In this document: positions 1 through 10,534 of the stretch, one piece after another
How the letters are laid out: each line of letters begins with the position of its first letter
Numbering within the stretch: the stretch's first letter is position 1
From: an uncultured delta proteobacterium
Lineage (GTDB): Bacteria > Myxococcota > Myxococcia > Myxococcales > Anaeromyxobacteraceae
NCBI GenBank assembly: GCA_963766715.1
Contig: CAVYBH010000012.1
Coordinates: forward strand, 192,001 to 256,000
Direction: 5' to 3'
DNA length: 64,000 nt
Translations under genes and position numbers: made by a program
The notes under the pieces: generated by a model
Databases searched by the model: none
What the model was told of the DNA's origin: nothing
The model's input: the letters and a program-made list of their open reading frames with translations, nothing else

Positions 1-2656
1 CGCCCACGTCTACACCTCGCGCCTCTACCTGCTCGACGGCGTCTCGGAGGCGGAGGCCGGGCGCATCGCCCGGGCGCTGCTCGCCAACGAGGTCATCGAG
101 CGGGTGGGCGTGCAGTCGTACGCGCAGTGGAGCGCGTCCCCGCCCGACCTCTCGGTGCCGCGGGTGGCGGAGCATGCCGCCCGGCCGGTCGAGACGGTGA
201 GCCTGGAGCTCTCCGACGACGCGCTCCAGGCGCTCTCGCGCGAGCGGCTGCTCGCCCTGTCGCTCGAGGAGATGCGGACGCTGCGCGACTTCTACCGCGC
301 CGCCGGGATCCGACCCGGTGCGCCGCGCCGCCGGGCTGGGCGCGTCGCCCACCGACGTCGAGCTGGAGTGCCTGGCCCAGACCTGGTCGGAGCACTGCAA
401 GCACAAGATCATGAACGCGGTCATCTCCTACCGGGAGGAGGGCCGTCCCCCGGAGGAGATCCGGTCCATCTTCAAGACCTTCATCCGCGGCACCACCGAG
501 GCGGTCGACCAGGCCATCCAGGCACGCGAGGGCAAGAGCTGGCTCGTCTCGGTCTTCCACGACAACGCGGGCGTCATCGCGGCCACCGACCGCTACCACC
601 TCGTCTACAAGGTCGAGACCCACAACAGCCCCTCGGCCCTCGACCCGTACGGCGGCGCCATCACCGGCATCGTCGGCGTGAATCGCGATCCCTTCGGCAC
701 GGGGATGGGCGCCGACCTCCTCTCGAACACCTGGGGCTACTGCTTCGGCCCCCCGGAGTGGTCCGCGGAGTTGCCCCCGGGCCTCCTGCACCCGCGCCGC
801 ATCCGGGACGGCGTGCACTCCGGCGTGATCGACGGCGGCAACCAGTCGGGCATTCCCTACGCCCGTGGCTGGGAGTTCTTCGACGAGCGCTTCCTCGGGA
901 AGCCGCTCGTCTACTGCGGCACGGTGGGCCGCATGCCGGTCACCATCGCCGGCGCGCCGGGGGAGCAGAAGCACGCCCGGGCCGGCGACCGCATCGTGAT
1001 GGTGGGTGGACGCATCGGCAAGGACGGGATCCACGGCGCCACGTTCTCGTCCGCGGAGCTGACCGAGGAGAGCCCGGTCCAGGCCGTGCAGATCGGCGAT
1101 CCCATCACCCAGAAGATGATGTTCGACTTCCTCCTCGAGGCCCGGGAGCGCGGCCTCTACTCGGCCATCACCGACAACGGGGCGGGCGGCCTGTCGTCGT
1201 CGGTGGGCGAGATGGGGAAGCAGCCCGGTGGCGCCCGGCTCGACCTGGCGCTGGCGCCTCTCAAGTACCAGGGCCTGGCTCCCTGGGAGATCCTGGTCTC
1301 CGAGGCCCAGGAGCGCATGACGGTGGCGGTGCGCCCGGAGAAGCTCCCCGAGTTCCTCGAACTGGCGCGGCTGCGCGAGGTGGAGGCCACCGATCTGGGC
1401 GAGTTCACCACCGAGCCCCTCTTCCACCTGCTCCACGCCGGGCGGACGGTGGGGCTCATCCCCATGGCGTTCCTCCACGACGGGGATCCGGAGATGCGGA
1501 TCGTCGCGGAGTGGAAGGAGCCCGCGATCTCGGCGTTCCCGGCCACCCCGGTCCCGGGCGGCCGACGAGGGGAACGCCCTCGCCCGGGCCCTGCTCGGCC
1601 GCGACAACCTGCGTTCGTCCGAGGACCTCGACGCGCACCTACGATCACGAGGTGAAGGCGCTCACCGTGGTGAAGCCCTGGATCGGAGCCTCCCGCGACG
1701 TGCCGGCCGACGCGGCCGTGCTCCAGATCGCCCACGACGGTGGCCACGTCGGGTACGCGCTCGGCGAGGCCGTCTTCCCGACCTACTCCGACCAGGACGC
1801 CCACGCCATGGCCCAGGCCGGCGTGGACCTCGCGGTCCGGCGCGTGGTGGCCGCCGGGGCCCGCCTCGACCGGATCGCGCTGCTCGACAACTACTGCTGG
1901 CCCGATCCGCTCGAGGGGCCGAAGAACCCCGACGCGCGCCACAAGGCGGCCCAGCTCGTCCGCGCCTCCCGCGGTCTCTCCGAGATTTGCCGCGCCTACG
2001 GGGCCCCGCTCATCTCGGGCAAGGACTCGATGAAGAACGATGCGGTGGTGGGCGGGAAGCGCATCTCCATCCCGCCCACGCTGCTGGCGTCCGCCATCGC
2101 CATCGTCCCCGACGTCCGCAAGGCGCTGACCCTCGAGGCCTCCGGTCCGGGCGAGGTGCTGTTCCTCGTGGGCGAGACCGGCGACGAGCTGGGGTGCTCC
2201 GAGTACGCCGCGCTGCGCGGAACCGCCGGCGGGCTCGTGCCCCGCTGTCATCCGGAGGCCTTCCACGCGCGCTACCGCCGGGCGTCCCGGGCCATCGCCG
2301 AGGGGCTCGTCACCGCGGCCCACGCACCGGGACGCGGAGGCCTGCTCGTGTCCCTGTTCTTCCTCGCCCGGGCCGCGGGGCTCGGGCTCGACGTCGATCT
2401 CTCCCGGGTCCCGACCTCGGGGTCGCCGGGCTGGGAGGCTCTCCTCTTCGGCGAGTCGGCCGGCCGGCTGCTGCTGGCGGTGAAGCCGGGACAGGTGGCC
2501 GAGTTCACCCGCCGGCTCGAGGGCGAGCCGGTGGCGCGGCTCGGAACCTACGGTCCGGGCAGCCGGCTGCGCATCTCCCTCGGCGGCCGCGCGGTCGTCG
2601 ACGAGGACGTCGACGAGCTGGCGCGCGCCTGGAAGCGGGAAGGGGGTCGCGCGTGA
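1..2656 (+). CDS. purL: Phosphoribosylformylglycinamidine synthase subunit PurL (5'-partial; apparent frameshifts near 310 and 1555-1640)
   Basis: Motifs QTWSEHCKH, KVETHNSPS, DNGAGG, SEAQERM, ISGKDSMKN, LFGESAGR spread over ORFs 318..1655 and 104..2656. Confidence 0.93.
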   Translation, partial: AHVYTSRLYLLDGVSEAEAGRIARALLANEVIERVGVQSYAQWSASPPDLSVPRVAEHAARPVETVSLELSDDALQALSRERLLALSLEEMRTLRDFYRAAGIRPGAPRRRAGRVAHRRRAGVPGPDLVGALQAQDHERGHLLPGGGPSPGGDPVHLQDLHPRHHRGGRPGHPGTRGQELARLGLPRQRGRHRGHRPLPPRLQGRDPQQPLGPRPVRRRHHRHRRRESRSLRHGDGRRPPLEHLGLLLRPPGVVRGVAPGPPAPAPHPGRRALRRDRRRQPVGHSLRPWLGVLRRALPREAARLLRHGGPHAGHHRRRAGGAEARPGRRPHRDGGWTHRQGRDPRRHVLVRGADRGEPGPGRADRRSHHPEDDVRLPPRGPGARPLLGHHRQRGGRPVVVGGRDGEAARWRPARPGAGASQVPGPGSLGDPGLRGPGAHDGGGAPGEAPRVPRTGAAARGGGHRSGRVHHRAPLPPAPRRADGGAHPHGVPPRRGSGDADRRGVEGARDLGVPGHPGPGRPTRGTPSPGPCSAATTCVRPRTSTRTYDHEVKALTVVKPWIGASRDVPADAAVLQIAHDGGHVGYALGEAVFPTYSDQDAHAMAQAGVDLAVRRVVAAGARLDRIALLDNYCWPDPLEGPKNPDARHKAAQLVRASRGLSEICRAYGAPLISGKDSMKNDAVVGGKRISIPPTLLASAIAIVPDVRKALTLEASGPGEVLFLVGETGDELGCSEYAALRGTAGGLVPRCHPEAFHARYRRASRAIAEGLVTAAHAPGRGGLLVSLFFLARAAGLGLDVDLSRVPTSGSPGWEALLFGESAGRLLLAVKPGQVAEFTRRLEGEPVARLGTYGPGSRLRISLGGRAVVDEDVDELARAWKREGGRA

Positions 2657-3454
2657 AGACCGTTCGCGTGCTCGTCCCCGTCGGGTTCGGCCTCAACTGC
2701 GAGGACGAGACCGCCCATGCCTTCCGCCTGGTGGGGGCCGAGGTCGACCTCGTCCATCTCACCGATCTCTTCGCCCGCCGCCACCCGCGCCGCATCGCCG
2801 ACTACCAGGTGCTCGCCATGGTGGGCGGCTTCTCCTACGGCGACCACGTCGCCGGCGGGCTGGTGCTCGCCACCCGCATCCGCGCCCACCTGAAGGACGA
2901 CCTGGGCGCCTTCCTGTCCGGCGGGGGCAGGGTGCTCGGCATCTGCAACGGGTTCCAGGCCCTCACCCGGCTCGGGCTCCTGCCCGGACCGGAGGCCGGC
3001 GCGCCGGACTTCACGCCCCGTGCGACGCTCACGAACAACGAGCGGCAGGGGTACCGGGACTGCTGGGTCCGGGTCGCGCCGGATCCCGGGAGCCACTGCG
3101 TCTGGACGAAGGGGCTCTCCGCCGTGGACCTGCCTTCCCGCCACGGCGAGGGGCGGTTCGTCGCCGAGTCGGACGAGGCGCTCCGCCGCCTCGATGCCGG
3201 CGGGCGGCTGCCGCTTCGCTACGTCGACGCGCGAGGGGAAGATCGCGGAGCGCTGGCCGGAGAACCCCAACGGCTCCGCGCTGGGCGTGGCCGGGGTCTG
3301 CGACGCCACCGGGCGCATCCTCGGGCTCATGCCGCACCCGGATGCCTTCCTGTACCCCTGGCATCACCCCGACTGGCCGCGCCGGCGCCGGGAGCTCGAG
3401 GCGATCGAGGCGGGCGGACTCGGGTTCTTCCGGGCGGGCGTGGAGGGAGTCTGA
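2653..3454 (+). CDS. purQ: FGAM synthase glutaminase subunit PurQ (frameshift near 3240)
   Basis: GTG overlaps purL stop; G-x-N-C-E-x-E-T, GGFSYGD, GICNGFQ, NPNGS, GLMPHPD motifs. Confidence 0.92.
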
Positions 3455-4729
3455 TGGGCGGCCGGGGGCGACTCCTGCTGCTCGTGCCCACGCAGAGCTA
3501 CCGCGCCGAGGACTTCCAGGCCGCGGCGGCCCGGCTCGGCGTCGAGGTGGTGGTGGGCACGGACCGGTGCCATCGCATCGAGGACGCGTTCGGGCCGAGC
3601 GAGGGGTTGCTGTCGCTCGACTACCGGAAGCCGGAGGCGGCGGCCGAGGAGATCGGCCGCGAGGCCGCCGCGCGCGAGATCGCCGGCATCGTCCCCGTCG
3701 ACGACGGGACCGCGGTGATCGCGGCGCTCGCCGCCGAACGGCTCGGACTGCCGCGCAACCCGCCCGCCGCGGCCCGGCGAACGGCCAACAAGCTCTCCCA
3801 GCGGCAGGCGCTCCAGGCTGCCGGGGTCCCGGTGCCGCGCTTCCAGGCCTTCCCGCTCGCCGGAGGCCCGGACGGCCCGGCCGCCGGCGTCGGGTATCCC
3901 TGCGTCCTGAAGCCCCTCGGCCTGTCGGCCAGCCGGGGCGTCATCCGCGCCGACGACCCGTCCTCCTTCCGGGAGGCCTGGACGCGCATCGTCGCCATCC
4001 TCGCCTCGGCCCGCAGCGAGCGAAAGGCCCGGGAGGAGGGGGCCGGAAGCCAGCTCCTCGTCGAGGACTTCGTGCCCGGGCCCGAGGTCGCGCTGGAGGG
4101 GCTCCTGCGGGGCGGCCGCCTCGAGGTGCTGGCCCTCTTCGACAAGCCCGACCCGCTCGACGGGCCGTTCTTCGAGGAGACGATCTACGTGACGCCGTCC
4201 CGCCATCCCGCCGCGGCGCAGGCCGAGGTCGAGCGGGTCATCGGCGCGGCCGCGGAGGCGCTGGGACTCCGCGAGGGGCCGGTTCACGCCGAGGCCAGGC
4301 TGGGTCCTTCGGGTCCGGTGGTGCTGGAGGTGGCGGCCCGGACCATCGGCGGGCTCTGCGCGCGGGCGCTCCGCTTCGGGACCGGCGCGTCCCTCGAGGA
4401 GCTGGTGGTCGCGCACGCCATGGGGCTGCCGCTGGCCTCGGTCCGCAGGGAGTCGCAGGCCTCGGGCGTGATGATGCTCCCCATCCCGAGGCGCGGCGTC
4501 CTCCACGGGGTGGCCGGCGTCGCCGCGGCCCGGGAGGTGGCCGGGGTCGAAGGACGTGGTGATCACCGTCCCGGAGGGGCGCGAGGTGGTGCCCCTGCCG
4601 GAGGGGGACGCCTACCTGGGCTTCCTCTTCGCGCGCGGCAAGACGCCCGAGGGGGTGGAGTCCGCGCTGCGCGAGGCCCACCGGAGGCTGTCGTTCGACA
4701 TCCGGGCGCCGCTCCCCACGATCGGCTAG
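3454..4729 (+). CDS. ATP-grasp domain protein, L-amino-acid-ligase-like (frameshift near 4550)
   Basis: ATG overlaps purQ stop (TGATG); YPCVLKP..SASRGV, LVEDFVPGPEVALEG, GPVHAEAR, LEVAARTIGG; C-terminus PLPEGDAYLGFLFARG in shifted frame to TAG 4727-4729. Confidence 0.85.
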
Positions 4730-4739
4730 GGCCGGCGCG

Positions 4740-6155
4740 TCACTTCGGGTCGAGCGGGGCCACCTGCCCCGCGGTGGGCTCCGCTCAACAGAACCAGTTC
4801 TCGGTGAGCCGGGGCGTCCCGGCCGTGGAGAACGGGCGGGCCACGTGGGAGTGGGTCCGGCCGGCGGCCGCGAGCGCGAGCGCCTTCACCCGGGCCATCG
4901 TCGCCTGCGCATCCTCCCCCCGCGTGGCCGCGGCGTCCACGACGGCGGCGACGCGGGACTGGAGCGCGTCCATCCGCGGATCGGGGTGGCGCCAGCGCCA
5001 GCTGAGCGCCGCCTCGTCGAGCTCCTCGAGCCGCAGCCCGGGGTCGTCGAGGAGCAGCGACCCCGGAGGAACGAGGAGGCGCAGCGAGAGCTGGACCGGG
5101 TCGATCCGCTCCAGCCAGCCCTGCTGCTCGAAGGTCTCGAGGACGTCGAGGTAGCCCTCCAGCGTCTCCCAGGGGGTGAAGGGCACCAGGGTGGGCCGGA
5201 GCGGCAGTCCGGCCCGGTCGCACAGCTCGAAGGCCCGGAAGACGTCGTGGCGGGTGTGACCCTTCGCGAGCCTGGCCAGCACGAGGTCGGAGAGCGACTC
5301 GACGGCGGTGACCGCGAAGGCGGCTCCGGAGGCGACGAGCTCCGGGAGCACGTCCTCGTCCCGGACGAGGTGCTCCACCTTGGCGGTGAAGTCGAAGGTG
5401 AGGGCCGGGAAGCGCCGGTGGAGCTCGCGTGCGATCCGGAGCGCGTGGACCGGCCCGTTCAGGAAGTCGGGGTCGCCGAAGGTGACGTGGGTGACGCCGG
5501 CGCTGACCTGCTGCTCCACGTCGGCGAGCACCGTCTCCGCGGGGACGGCGAAGAAGCGCCCGTCGTACACCGCCGGGATGGGGCAATGGCGGCAGCGGTG
5601 CAGGCAGCCGCGGGTCGTCTCGGCGTAGCCGGCCAGCCGCTCCCGGCCGTCCGGCTCGCGCAGGCGGGCATAGCGCTCGGGAGCGGGCAGGCCCTCCCGC
5701 CGGGGGACCGGAAAGTCGAGCCGCCGGAGCGAGGCGGCGCTCCCGCCGCGCTGGACGAAGCGGGAGAGATCGTCTCCCCGCTCGAGCGCCCCGGCGAGCG
5801 CCACCAGCTCCTCCTCGCACTCCCCGCCGAGCACCGCCGACGCGCCGGCCTCGAGCAGGAGGGGAGCGTGGAGCGGAGCGTACGTTCCGTGAAAGGCGAG
5901 GACCGCGCCGGGATGGAGGGCCCGGATGCGAGCGGCGGCGTCCAGGCCGAGCCGCAGCGCGGTGTGCATGGGGACGGAGACGGCGACCAGCCGGGCCCGG
6001 CGCACCCGTCCGGCGTCGAGCGGCTCCACGGCCAGGTCGAGCGTGGAGGGGCGAAACCCGGCGCGCGACAGGAACGCCAACGGGACCGCGATGCCCTGCG
6101 GCTGGTGACCCAGCTCGTAGGTGGAGACGAGGAGGATCTCTCCCTCGCCCCGCAT
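4740..6155 (-). CDS. CUAEP/CCAEP-tail radical SAM protein with N-terminal B12-binding-like domain; probable selenocysteine at UGA 4785-4787
   Basis: ETTRGCLHRCRHCP (CxxxCxxC); reading through the UGA gives ENWFC-U-AEPTAGQVAPLDPK then TGA at 4740-4742; hairpin just 3' of the UGA. Confidence 0.88.
4754..4772 (-). promoter_or_regulatory. Bacterial SECIS-like stem-loop
   Basis: mRNA GCGGGGC-AGGUG-GCCCCGC: perfect 7-bp stem starting 12 nt after the UGA, GGU-containing loop. Confidence 0.75.
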
Positions 6156-6162
6156 GACCGGC

Positions 6163-6441
6163 CTAGCCCTTGCGAGGAGGCGGGACGTAGTCCGGCGGGA
6201 GCTGGGCGCCCGCGCCGAAGAAGAACTGCTCCGCCTGCTGGAAGAGGATCTGGTTCGTCTTCGGGTCGCCCGGGGCGAGGCGGTACTCGTTCAGGATCAT
6301 CTTGAAGTGCTCGAGCCACATCTTCCAGGCCTCCTGGGAGATGGAGTCGAAGATGCGCTGGCCGAGCTCGTTCGGGAAGGGCTTGAAGGCCATTCCCGGG
6401 AGTTCCTTTCCGAGCTTCTTGCAGTGGACCGTACGAGCCAT
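6163..6441 (-). CDS. yggX: Fe(II)-trafficking / oxidative damage protection protein YggX
   Basis: [45 protein letters not shown] signature. Confidence 0.93.
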   Translation of the reverse strand: MARTVHCKKLGKELPGMAFKPFPNELGQRIFDSISQEAWKMWLEHFKMILNEYRLAPGDPKTNQILFQQAEQFFFGAGAQLPPDYVPPPRKG

Positions 6442-6532
6442 CGGGGGAGCTCTCCTGTGGGCGAGGAAGAGGAGATAAGCGAGACGCCCGCCGCTTGCAC
6501 GACGGGCGCCGCGGGTCCTGCCTGGAAGCCGG

Positions 6533-6766
6533 TCAGGAGATGAGCGAGGCGGGGCTCACGCCGAGCGCCTTGGAAAGCGACTCGAGGGTGTCGAGGGGCG
6601 GCGTGCGCTGCCCGCGCTCCAGCATCGAGATGTAGGACACGGAGAGGCCGGCCTTGCCGGCCAGGGTCTCCTGGGACAGCTTCCGGCGCAGTCGCTCGGA
6701 CTTGAGGTTGGCGGCGAACTTGTCGGAGAGCGATGCGCTGCGGCGGTTCTTGGAGGGATTTGCCAT
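6533..6766 (-). CDS. XRE-family helix-turn-helix regulator
   Basis: [35 protein letters not shown]_3 pattern; start choice approximate. Confidence 0.85.
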   Translation of the reverse strand: MANPSKNRRSASLSDKFAANLKSERLRRKLSQETLAGKAGLSVSYISMLERGQRTPPLDTLESLSKALGVSPASLIS

Positions 6767-6869
6767 GGCCTGTCTGTACCTGGGAGTCTTTCCGGAAGAG
6801 TGAGTGGATACGCGGTTTTCTAACATCGCCTTCACCCCGGGGCGAGAAAAACGGATAGCCCGAACGGGG

Positions 6870-8085
6870 CTACCCGGACGGAGCGCGAACCAGGATGGCG
6901 TCCACCATCTGTCCGCGGCGAATCCGCGCCGGTCCGGCGGGCAGGACGGCCAGCGCGTCGACCCCCACCACCGACGTGAGGTGACCGCTCTGCTGCGTCC
7001 GCAGCGGGTCTACCCAGAGTGAACCGGCCTCGCGGCGGACCTTGCACCGCAGGAAGACGGTGAGCTCGGGGGGCTTCTCCTCGGCCTCCCCGAGGCGCGC
7101 CCGCAGGAGCATGCGACCGCTTCCCTGGAGTCCGGCCAGCGCCCGGAGCGCGGGGCGGACGAAGAGCTCGAAGGTGACGAGCGAGCTGGCCGGGTTGCCG
7201 GGCAGCCCGAAGACGGCCATCGTTCCCCAGCGTCCGAAGGCCACCGGCTTGCCCGGACGCATGGCCACGCGCCAGAAGTCGAGGCGGGCGCCGGAGCCGG
7301 CGAGCCCGGCCCGCACCAGGTCGCGGTCGCCGACCGAGACCCCGCCGATGGAGACGAGCGCATCGAGCCCGCGCGCCGCGGCGAGCGAGCGGCGCAGCGA
7401 GGCCCGATCGTCGCCGGCGAGCGGGAGGCGGAAGGGAACCGCCCCGGCCTCGACGCAGGCGGCGGCGAGCTGGTGGCCGTTCGACTCGAAGATCTGCCCC
7501 GGGCCCGGCACGGACCCCAGGGGGACGATCTCGTCGCCCGTGGCGAGGATGCCCACGCGGGGCCTGCGCCGCACCGCGAGCTCGGAGCGCCCGAGCGCCG
7601 CGGCGAGCCCGATGGCGCCCGCGTCCACCTCGAGGCCGGCCCGGAGCGCGACGCTCCCCGGCGCGACGTCGGCCCCCGCCGGACGGACGTAGCGCCCCGC
7701 GATGCCCGGCCGCCGGAAGCGCGCCACGCCGCCCTTCCGGGAGACCTCCTCCTGCATCTCCACGCAGTCGGCGCCCGGGGGCAAGCGGCGCGCCGGTGAA
7801 GATGCGCGCGCACGACCCTGGCGGGAGCACGCGACCGCGGTCGTCCCCGGCGAAGACCTCGAAGGCCACCGGGAGGCGCGCCCCGGCGCGCGGCGCGTCG
7901 ACGGCTCGAAGCGCGTACCCGTCCATCTGCGAGTTGTCGAAGGGCGGGAGCGGCCGCTCGGCCCGGACGTCCTCGGCGAGGGCTCGCCCCAGGGCATCCG
8001 AGAGGGGCACCCGCTCGGCCGGGAGGGGGGCGACGGCGTCGAGAGAGCCGAGGATGCGCTGCAGGGCTTCGGTGGGCGAGAGCAC
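6870..8085 (-). CDS. moeA: Molybdopterin molybdotransferase MoeA (frameshift near 7790)
   Basis: PPFDNSQMDGYA, ARIFTGA, ATGDEI, GGVSVGDRD, MRPGKP, GLPGNPAS. Confidence 0.93.
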
Positions 8086-8091
8086 CCACCG

Positions 8092-8121
8092 GTTCTAGCG
8101 GGCCGGACGCGTCCGTGACAA
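8092..8121 (-). promoter_or_regulatory. Sigma70-like promoter for moeA, probably leaderless
   Basis: TTGTCA-N18-TAGAAC, then 6 nt to the GTG start. Confidence 0.5.
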
Positions 8122-8130
8122 CATCCGCGC

Positions 8131-10525
8131 ATGCCCCAACGCCCTCTTCCCGACGTGCGACCCGAGGCGCTGCTCGCCGAGTTGCGCCTCGCCGGAGGGC
8201 GGGCCCTCTCGCTCCCCGACCTGCTCCAGCGCGCCCACCTGCACCCGCGTAGCCTGCGGGACGCGAAGAAGGTGATGAAGAAGCTGGTCCGGGACGGGAC
8301 GGTGCAGGAGGCCGGGAGCCGGTTCGTGCTGGCCTCCGCGGCGACTCCGGGGTCCGGATCGGGGCCTCGCGGGCGCCGCGAGCGGGGAGGGCGCGAGGGC
8401 GCGCCGGCCCCAGGGTGCGGATCGCCGCGTCCTGCAGGGCGGCAAGGGGCTCGTCGGGCTCTACACCCGGCACCGCGACGGCTTCGGCTTCCTGGCCCGG
8501 CTCGATCGGCAGGGGCCCGACCTCTTCGTCGCTCCCGGCGACGGGGGCAAGGCGGTGGACGGCGACGTCGTCCGCTTCGAGATCTTCCCCGGCCGCCGCG
8601 GCGAGCAGGGGCGGGTCACCGAGGTGCTGGAGCGCGGGCGGCGGATGCTGCTCGGCGCCTACGCGGCGCGCGGGCAGGACAGCTTCGTCGTCCCCCTCGA
8701 CGAGCAGCTTCCGCCCACCGTGCCGGTTCCGGAGACGCGGCTCGTCAAGAACGGCGAGGTCGCGAAGGTCTGGCTCGACGCCGGCCAGGGGCCTCTCGCC
8801 GGGCGCGTGGTCGACCGCATCCCGAACCCGCAGGCGCCCTCGGTCGAGGTGCTCCGCGCGGCCTACGCCCACGGCTTCGCCGACGTCTTCCCGGAGGACG
8901 TCCTCGCCGAGGCGGAGGCCACGCCCGACCGGGTGCGGAAGGAGGACTGGGAGGGGCGGCGCGACCTCACCGGGATCCCGCTCGTCACCATCGACGGGGA
9001 GGATGCGCGCGACTTCGACGACGCGGTCTTCGTCGAGAAGCTCCCCGGCCGCGGCTACCGGCTGGTCGTGGCCATCGCCGACGTGTCGCACTACGTCCGC
9101 CCGGGCCGCCCCCTCGACGCAGAGGCCCTGCGCCGCGGGACCAGCGTGTACTTCCCGGGCACCGTGCTGCCCATGCTCCCGGAGCGGCTCTCGAACGGCG
9201 TCTGCTCGCTCAACCCGGAGGTCGAGCGGCTCTGCATGGTCGCCGACATGCGCTTCGACGCCGCCGGGACCCCCGGCATGGTCGAGGTCTATCCGGCGGT
9301 GATGCGGTCCGTCGCGCGCTGCACCTACACCGAGGTGGCGCGCATGCTCGACGGGGAGCGCGTCCCGCACCGCGAGTTCCTGCGGGACGACTTCGTCCGC
9401 ATGGGCGAGCTGCAGGAGATCCTGGGCGGCGTCCGCCGCCGGCGCGGCTCCATCGACTTCGATCTCCCCGAGTCGAAGATCGTCCTCGGCGAGGACGGCA
9501 AGGTGCTCGCCATCGAGCGGCGCCCGCGCAACCGCGCCCACCGCGTCGTCGAGGAGTTCATGCTCGCCGCCAACGAGGCCGTGGCCCGCTGGTTCGGGGA
9601 GCGCGACCTGCCCACCATCTACCGGGTCCACGGGCTGCCCGACGAGGACAAGCTCCAGACCTTCCTCGACCTGGCGCAGGCCCAGGGGTTCGAGGTGCCG
9701 GAGGTCGGCGCCGGGCCGCTGGCGCTCGCCAACCTGCTCGACCGGCTGGCCGGCCATCCCCAGCAGCGCGCCCTCAACCAGCTCCTGCTGCGGGCCATGA
9801 TGCAGGCGGTCTACAGCCCGGAGAACATCGGCCACTACGGCCTGGCCGCGGTCCACTACCTGCACTTCACCTCGCCCATCCGGCGCTACCCCGACCTGGT
9901 CGTCCACCGGCTGCTCCGCGACGCGCTCGGCGAGGATCCCGCCCGCCGCCCGCGGGCGGGCGAGCTGGAGCGCATCGCCATGGTCGCCTCCGACCGGGAG
10001 CGCGCCGCCATGAAGTCCGAGCGGGACGTGAACGCCTACTACGCCACGCTCTTCATGGCCGATCGGATCGGCGAGCGCAGCCCGGGCACCGTCTCGGCGG
10101 TCGTGGAGTTCGGCATCTTCGTCTCCATGCACCGCTGGTTCGTCGAGGGGCTCGTGAAGACCGAGGACCTCGGCGACGGGTTCGTCTTCGACAAGGACGG
10201 TCACGCGCTGGTCGAGAAGCACAGCGGGCGAGCCTACCGGGTGGGAGACGAGATCGAGGTCCAGGTCTCGGCTGCCGAGCCGGCCCGTCGCCGGATCGAT
10301 CTCCTGCTCGTCGAGGGCGGCGAGACCCGGGAGGCCGTGCCGGCCCGGAACCTCGGGAAGCGGCTCCTGCAGGAGAAGGCGCGGCGCGGCCGCGGGGAGG
10401 GGTCCGGCAAGCAGTCCCGTCCGGCGAAGCCGGGCAAGGGCGGCAAGCCGGGCAAGCGGGACGCCTCCGGAGGCAAGCCGCGGAATGGCGGGAAGGCCCA
10501 GCGGTCGAAGAAGCGCCGGCGGTAG
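8131..10525 (+). CDS. rnr: Ribonuclease R (frameshift near 8400-8450)
   Basis: TIDGEDARDFDDAV, HFTSPIRRYPD, S1 domain, Lys/Arg-rich C-terminus. Confidence 0.93.
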
Positions 10526-10534
10526 CGGCCGGGC

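Noticed and set aside
1987..5154. 1055-aa ORF joining PurQ and the ATP-grasp protein
   Set aside because: Chance frame joining through indels; both genes have their own starts and stops
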